Assembly: GCA_942490885.1 (NCBI GenBank)
Contig: CALNYT010000002.1
Location: 5,165,024-5,205,023, forward strand
Reading direction: 5' to 3'
Source: an uncultured Clostridiaceae bacterium
GTDB taxonomy: Bacteria > Bacillota > Clostridia > Clostridiales > Clostridiaceae
Length of the DNA: 40,000 bases
In this document: in pieces, positions 35,727-40,000 of the stretch
Numbering within the stretch: position 1 is the stretch's first letter
Layout of the letters: each line of letters starts with the position of its first letter
Notes under the pieces: model-generated
Databases searched by the model: none
Told to the model about the DNA's origin: nothing
What the model saw: the letters and a program-made list of their open reading frames with translations, nothing else
Made by a program: the position numbers and the translations under genes

Positions 35727-35862
35727 AGAAGAGAATAAAAAACTTACAGAAGAAAATTTAAGTTTGAAATTAGCACTTGCAGAGCAGGCAGAGAGTGAAA
35801 TGAATGATAAATTAGAACTACAACTAGTAATAGCAGAATTAAGTCAAGGAGGGAATGTATGT

Positions 35863-36003
35863 ATGATGATTAAGTTGTATGCTGATTTATTAGAAGGAGA
35901 TTTAAGAAGTTTAGAAAAAATTGAGGGTAAAATACAAGTACCTTTAAAGTACAGAGACAGTGTAAAACAAGAATTAATTAATCGTGGATTTATTGTACAA
36001 TAG
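35863..36003 (+). CDS. Small 46-aa protein (XkdX position), copy 1
   Basis: ATG 9 nt after AAGGAGGG. MMIKLYADLLEG... is paralogous to MLKTYLVDMLVR... at 37169. The ORF track merges it with the upstream frame (35764..36003). Confidence 0.5.
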   Translation: MMIKLYADLLEGDLRSLEKIEGKIQVPLKYRDSVKQELINRGFIVQ

Positions 36004-36120
36004 GAAAATGTATAGTTAATTTGTCAAAACAGAATATTACAAAGTGCAAAAAAATTGACATATCAAACCTAATAAGTTATTATATACATTAACAGACAAT
36101 AATTTCAAGGAGGGGTATTT

Positions 36121-36630
36121 ATGTTAAAAAGAAAAATAGCTTCAAAAATTTTATTACCTAGTATGATGGCACTATTATTTATATTTTTAACTTTCACTTC
36201 AGCGTTTGCTTATGCAGGTTATGTGCCAATAACTGACCAAAAATATGAAGTAGAAAGTAATGATACAGAAACAACGGCTAATATTATACCTTTTAATGGG
36301 CAGTATACTATAGTTAAAGCGGCATATAGTCATTATGGGGATGAAGATTATTTTATTTTTGCATGTGGAGAAGATAGACATATGATATTAAGGTTTTATC
36401 CTTTAACTGGTAATACGCCTATAAGTAAAACTGCACCATTCTATATTATGATAGAAGATAGATTAACAGGCGAGATGATACATGCTAATGGGATGAAACA
36501 AGTTGGTAAAACAGAAACAATAGAATTTTCTGGTAAGGCAGGACATACTTATTCAATTTTCATAGGTAAAGAGGGAGTAGCGGGAGAGCATATAGGCGCT
36601 AGATATTCTATAGGTATATGGGGTAGATAA
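36121..36630 (+). CDS. Secreted PPC (pre-peptidase C-terminal)-like domain protein
   Basis: Signal peptide (KILLPSMMALLFIFLTFTSAFA-YA). EVESNDTETTAN...GDEDYFIF matches the PPC-domain signature. It has its own TTGACA/TATTAT promoter-like boxes (36055-36083) and a strong terminator. Confidence 0.65.
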   Translation: MLKRKIASKILLPSMMALLFIFLTFTSAFAYAGYVPITDQKYEVESNDTETTANIIPFNGQYTIVKAAYSHYGDEDYFIFACGEDRHMILRFYPLTGNTPISKTAPFYIMIEDRLTGEMIHANGMKQVGKTETIEFSGKAGHTYSIFIGKEGVAGEHIGARYSIGIWGR

Positions 36631-36647
36631 ACACAATAACATAATTT

Positions 36648-36695
36648 AAAACAAAGAGTAGGAACTATATAGTTTTCTACTCTTTTGTTTTAAAT
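36648..36695 (+). terminator. Rho-independent terminator
   Basis: A ~18-bp stem, aaaacaaagagtaggaact...agttttctactcttttgtttt. Confidence 0.8.
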
Positions 36696-36701
36696 ATATA
36701 T

Positions 36702-36950
36702 GCCACAATAGAAGATTTTTATGAAACCAAAGTAATTAAAGATTTCTACAATAAAATACCTTGCTTTAAAGATGGACATATAATAGTTGAATATGAAGGT
36801 ATGTGTCCTGAAATAACTGCAACATACGCTATTAATATAGCCGCAGTTAGAGAAAGTATGGCAGATATAACCAAGACTAATGCTGACCAGATTAATAATA
36901 TTTGGGATGCATTATTTTTAATTACAAAAGAAATACAAGCATTAAAATAA
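36702..36950 (+). pseudogene. 3' remnant (83 codons) of a second tail-fibre allele
   Basis: ATIEDFYETKVIKDFYNKIPCFKDGHIIVEYEGMCPEITATYAINIAAVRESMADITKTNADQINNIWDALFLITKEIQALK* aligns with the C-terminus of the 683-aa fibre. The last ~187 bp are nearly identical at the nucleotide level. Confidence 0.85.
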
Positions 36951-36968
36951 TTAAAGAGGTGATTATAT

Positions 36969-37169
36969 ATGAATAGAAAATTTGAAACACTTGAAGATCT
37001 TGAAGCTTTTTTATTGGAAAAAGGGGCTGGAGGAGTTACAGAAGTATTAGTTTCGGAACTAAAAAAGAAAGATACTGAGATTGAAACTTTAAAAGAAGAT
37101 AAATCAGCAGATAGAATAAGAATTCAATCTTTGGAAGATGCGATGCTCGAACAGGAGGGGTTGATCTAA
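36969..37169 (+). CDS. Small coiled-coil protein following the fibre module (intact copy)
   Basis: 66 aa with RBS AAGAGGTG. The N-terminus is duplicated at 35622. Confidence 0.6.
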   Translation: MNRKFETLEDLEAFLLEKGAGGVTEVLVSELKKKDTEIETLKEDKSADRIRIQSLEDAMLEQEGLI

Positions 37170-37348
37170 TGTTAAAAACATATTTAGTTGATATGCTAGT
37201 AAGAAAGATAACTAAGAAAGAAATTAATAGTAAAACTAAGGAAGCATACAAAGTTACGGATATTAAAATTCAGGAATATAGAGTAGTTGTACAATCAAAA
37301 CTGGATGAAATGATAGCAACAGAGATTGCAGAGAAAATTATAACATAA
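37169..37348 (+). CDS. Small 59-aa protein (XkdX position), copy 2
   Basis: Below the size range of the ORF track. A TAATG overlap with the upstream stop suggests translational coupling. Translation: MLKTYLVDMLVRKITKKEINSKTKEAYKVTDIKIQEYRVVVQSKLDEMIATEIAEKIIT*. Confidence 0.5.
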   Translation: MLKTYLVDMLVRKITKKEINSKTKEAYKVTDIKIQEYRVVVQSKLDEMIATEIAEKIIT

Positions 37349-37482
37349 TTAAGAATATTTTAAAAAGAAGTACTCTTTTCACTTAAGAAAAAATATTTGA
37401 TTATCTTAGCTTGAATCAAAATAAAGTTAGGTTAATGATAGAAGCGGTTTTAAATGATTATCAACACTCAAAGGAGGTAATA

Positions 37483-37704
37483 ATGGAAAAATTAATAGTA
37501 ATGGCTTTACAACAAGGGCTCGGATACGGGCTCTTTGTTTTTTTACTTATTTATATATTAAAGAAACAGGAAGATAGAGATAAGTTTTCTGATATGCGAG
37601 AAGAGAGATATCAGGAAATAATAGGAGAGCTTACTGCAAGTTTGAATATTGTAGAGGATGTTAAGAAGGATGTTGAAGATATTAAAGATTATCTGGGGAG
37701 GTGA
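37483..37704 (+). CDS. BhlA/UviB-family holin-like protein
   Basis: MEKLIVMALQQGLGYGLFVFLLIYILKKQEDRD... has a single N-terminal TM and a charged coiled tail, as in BhlA/UviB. ATG follows AAGGAGG (the ORF track starts earlier, at 37411). Confidence 0.7.
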   Translation: MEKLIVMALQQGLGYGLFVFLLIYILKKQEDRDKFSDMREERYQEIIGELTASLNIVEDVKKDVEDIKDYLGR

Positions 37705-37708
37705 TAGG

Positions 37709-38314
37709 GTGAAGATTATAGAAAGTGGTCTGAAGTTTAATAGTAAGCTTGATAAGAGAGCAAAAACATCATTGATTGTTATACACCATGCAGAGGCAAC
37801 AGAATGTACTATAGAGGATATTCATAGATGGCATTTAGACTACAGATGGAGTGGATGTGGGTATCATTATTTTATAAAAAAAGACGGTAGTGTATATAGG
37901 GGGAGACCAGAAGCTTCAATTGGTGCACACTGCCTAGGAAATAATAACCAATCAATAGGGATATGTCTTGAAGGAAATTTTAATAAAGAAGAGATAAAGA
38001 ATAAACAAAGTAATGTGCTTGTTAAGCTATGTAAAAACATTATGACCAGATATGATATTGAAGAAATTAGAGGGCATAAAGAACTATTCCAAACTGATTG
38101 TCCTGGGAAGAATTTTCCACTTGAAGAGATAAAGAAAAAAATACACACAAAAAACCATATAGATATATTAGGTTTACAGAAATACATGAATAGAAATGGA
38201 GTCACTGATTATGAAAATAAAAGACTCAATGAGGATGGAATTTTAGGAAATAGAACTCAAAGTGCTTTTGAAAAACTATGTAGATATATAAAAGAAGAAA
38301 ATATTAAAAGATAA
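37709..38314 (+). CDS. N-acetylmuramoyl-L-alanine amidase (Amidase_2/PGRP fold) with C-terminal PG-binding repeat
   Basis: LIVIHHAEA, GYHYFI, GAHCLGNN...CPG motifs. C-terminal DGILGNRTQSAFEKL resembles PG_binding_1. GTG follows GGGGAGGTG. Confidence 0.85.
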   Translation: MKIIESGLKFNSKLDKRAKTSLIVIHHAEATECTIEDIHRWHLDYRWSGCGYHYFIKKDGSVYRGRPEASIGAHCLGNNNQSIGICLEGNFNKEEIKNKQSNVLVKLCKNIMTRYDIEEIRGHKELFQTDCPGKNFPLEEIKKKIHTKNHIDILGLQKYMNRNGVTDYENKRLNEDGILGNRTQSAFEKLCRYIKEENIKR

Positions 38315-38326
38315 GGAGAGATTGAT

Positions 38327-38650
38327 ATGAGTGATTTATTTAATTTTGTATGGGAATGTAGATTTATTATAGTTCTTTTAATAAATATATTGATATATGC
38401 TTTTCTTGAGTGGGAAAAATTCAAGAGAGAAGCATATAAATATATGCTTGCAGCAAAAAAGTTAGCAAAAGATGCTATATTAAATTCAGGAGAAGAACAA
38501 CAAGAATGGGTTATAGAAAAGATTTTAAAAGTATCACCTAAGGGTATAACTATTTTTTTAGGTGAGGAAAGATTGAAAAGTATTATAAAAGGCCTATATG
38601 ATAATATGAAAGATTTACTGGATGATGGAGAATTGAATGAAAGTTTCTAG
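38327..38650 (+). CDS. Small membrane protein of the lysis module (function unknown)
   Basis: 107 aa with one N-terminal TM (FIIVLLINILIYAFL). RBS AAGGAGAG. It is the last gene of the tail cluster. Confidence 0.5.
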   Translation: MSDLFNFVWECRFIIVLLINILIYAFLEWEKFKREAYKYMLAAKKLAKDAILNSGEEQQEWVIEKILKVSPKGITIFLGEERLKSIIKGLYDNMKDLLDDGELNESF

Positions 38651-38776
38651 ATGTTTTTCTATTACACTTTAAAGTAATAGCAAAACATTATTAAGTAAAT
38701 AATTAATCACTCTATGAAATAAACTATCAATGGTGTTATAATTTAAATTGGAAAGAATTAAAAAGAGGTGATTAAT

Positions 38777-40000
38777 TTGGCAAAAAACAGAAGTGAAATA
38801 AACCCTATGTATAAGTGGGATATTGAAAAAGTCTATGTTGATATTGAGGCATGGAACAAGGATTTTGAAGAAATAAAAATTTTAGCGCCAAAGCTTAAAG
38901 AGTATGAAGGGAAACTTAACACTGCAGATGCATTGTATGAATTCATACAGTTAGACGAGAAGATTAGTAGAAAATTTGATTTGCTATTAATCTATGCATT
39001 CCTTAAGAGTGATGAGGACACAACTCAAAATCAATATCAAGCACTTAAAAGTAAAGTTCAAGCTTTTGGAGCTCAGATTAGTAGTTATAGTTCATTCATG
39101 AAGCCAGAACTTTTATCACTACCACAAGAAACAATTGAAAAGTTTATGGAAGAGAAAGAAGAATTAAAGCTTTATAAGTTTATGCTTGAAGATATTTTAA
39201 GAAGTAAACCACATGTTCTTTCTCAGAAAGAAGAAGCGTTATTAGCTTCAGCAAGTGATATTTTTGGAGCTCCACAAAATATATATAACATATTTACAAA
39301 TGCGGACCTTAAATTCCCTCAAATCACTAATGAAGAAGGGGAAAAAGTTGATTTCACTGAGAGTAGCTACTTTAAATATATAATATCTAAAAATAGAGAT
39401 GTTAGAAAAGAAGCTTTTGAAGCATTATTTGGTACATATGATTCATTTAAAAATACAATAGCAACATCATTAACGTCATCTTCAAAGAAATTTTCATTCA
39501 TGGCTAAAACTAAGAATTTCGATAGCTCTATTGAATATGCGTTAAGTCCACTGAATATACCAGTAAGTGTGTATGATAATCTTATAGCGACAATTAATAA
39601 TAATATTAATCTTCTTCATAGATATGTTGATGTTAAGAAAAAATTATTAGGTGTAGATGAGTTGCATATGTATGACTTATATGTACCTGTAATAGATGTG
39701 CCAAAAATGCATATCGAATTCGAAGAAGGGGTTGAGATGGTTAAAGAAGGTCTTAAGCCACTTGGAGAAGAATATCTTAATATATTCCAAGAAGGAATAG
39801 AGAATAGATGGATAGATGTTTATGAGAATAAGGGTAAGAGAAATGGAGCGTATTCATGGGGAAGTCATGATACAATGCCATATGTATTATTAAATTATAA
39901 CTTTGAATATAATAATGTATCTACTTTAGCTCATGAGATGGGACACTCAATACACTCATATTACTCAAGACAAGAACAACCATATGTGTATTCAAATTAT
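38777..40000 (+). CDS. pepF: Oligoendopeptidase F (M3B), 3' end outside window
   Basis: TTG start after AAGAGGTG. The frame is open to the window edge. It has a PepF-like N-terminus and the HEMGH zinc motif at ~39935-39949. Confidence 0.85.
   Translation, partial: MAKNRSEINPMYKWDIEKVYVDIEAWNKDFEEIKILAPKLKEYEGKLNTADALYEFIQLDEKISRKFDLLLIYAFLKSDEDTTQNQYQALKSKVQAFGAQISSYSSFMKPELLSLPQETIEKFMEEKEELKLYKFMLEDILRSKPHVLSQKEEALLASASDIFGAPQNIYNIFTNADLKFPQITNEEGEKVDFTESSYFKYIISKNRDVRKEAFEALFGTYDSFKNTIATSLTSSSKKFSFMAKTKNFDSSIEYALSPLNIPVSVYDNLIATINNNINLLHRYVDVKKKLLGVDELHMYDLYVPVIDVPKMHIEFEEGVEMVKEGLKPLGEEYLNIFQEGIENRWIDVYENKGKRNGAYSWGSHDTMPYVLLNYNFEYNNVSTLAHEMGHSIHSYYSRQEQPYVYSNY

Larger units (their letters stand above)
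22972..38650 (+). other. PBSX-like contractile phage-tail cluster without head or packaging genes (R-type tailocin candidate)
   Basis: The order is regulator, leader, sheath, tube, chaperone, tape measure, LysM, baseplate, fibre, holin, amidase. No portal, capsid, protease or terminase ORF lies between the flanking tRNA island and pepF. Confidence 0.8.

Noticed and set aside
22107-38650. Intact or merely defective prophage
   Set aside because: No integrase, repressor, replication, terminase, portal, protease or capsid ORFs occur anywhere between the tRNA island and pepF, and no att repeat lies at the pepF side. The tailocin interpretation is preferred.
38651-38776. Hairpin ctattac-actttaaa-gtaatag after the last tail-cluster gene as a terminator
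   Set aside because: It is a 7-bp AT-rich stem with no T-run on either strand. It is too weak to call.

Overview
AT-rich, Clostridium-like (class Clostridia) chromosomal window with four blocks. (1) 1-10.3 kb, housekeeping: HD hydrolase (partial), niaR, DUF362 ferredoxin-type protein, UPF0182 membrane protein, FAD oxidoreductase plus DUF1667, a Ser T-box leader, serS, five tRNA-Ser genes in three promoter-driven units, and a CheX/CheC-like gene. (2) 10.3-21.8 kb, an ~11.5 kb genomic island inserted in tRNA-Arg(ACG). It is bounded by an exact 44-bp direct repeat of the tRNA 3' half. Only a C-terminal stub of its own integrase remains, next to a recombinase-in-trio (RIT)-like set of three overlapping tyrosine recombinases. 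That set is itself truncated against an N-terminally truncated STAND/TPR gene. The remaining cargo is uncharacterised: a Zn-ribbon/TerS-HTH protein, an internally duplicated 2x2TM protein, an inverted-repeat-flanked 140-aa ORF, an HTH/acidic protein and a DUF3800 plus 176-aa gene pair, separated by unusually long ORF-free gaps rich in repeats and hairpins. (3) 22.1-38.7 kb, a head-less PBSX-like contractile tail cluster, i.e. an R-type tailocin candidate. It has a sigma-like activator, a GC-rich multi-hairpin leader ending in a terminator, a DUF1659/DUF2922 pair, sheath, tube, a chaperone with a predicted -1 frameshift, tape measure, LysM protein, baseplate genes, tail fibre, a duplicated fibre-3'-end junction enclosing a secreted PPC-domain gene, and a BhlA-type holin plus amidase. 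(4) pepF (partial) at the right edge. All calls come from reading the sequence and translations by eye. No database search was run, so family names rest on motif recognition and RNA or element ends are approximate.
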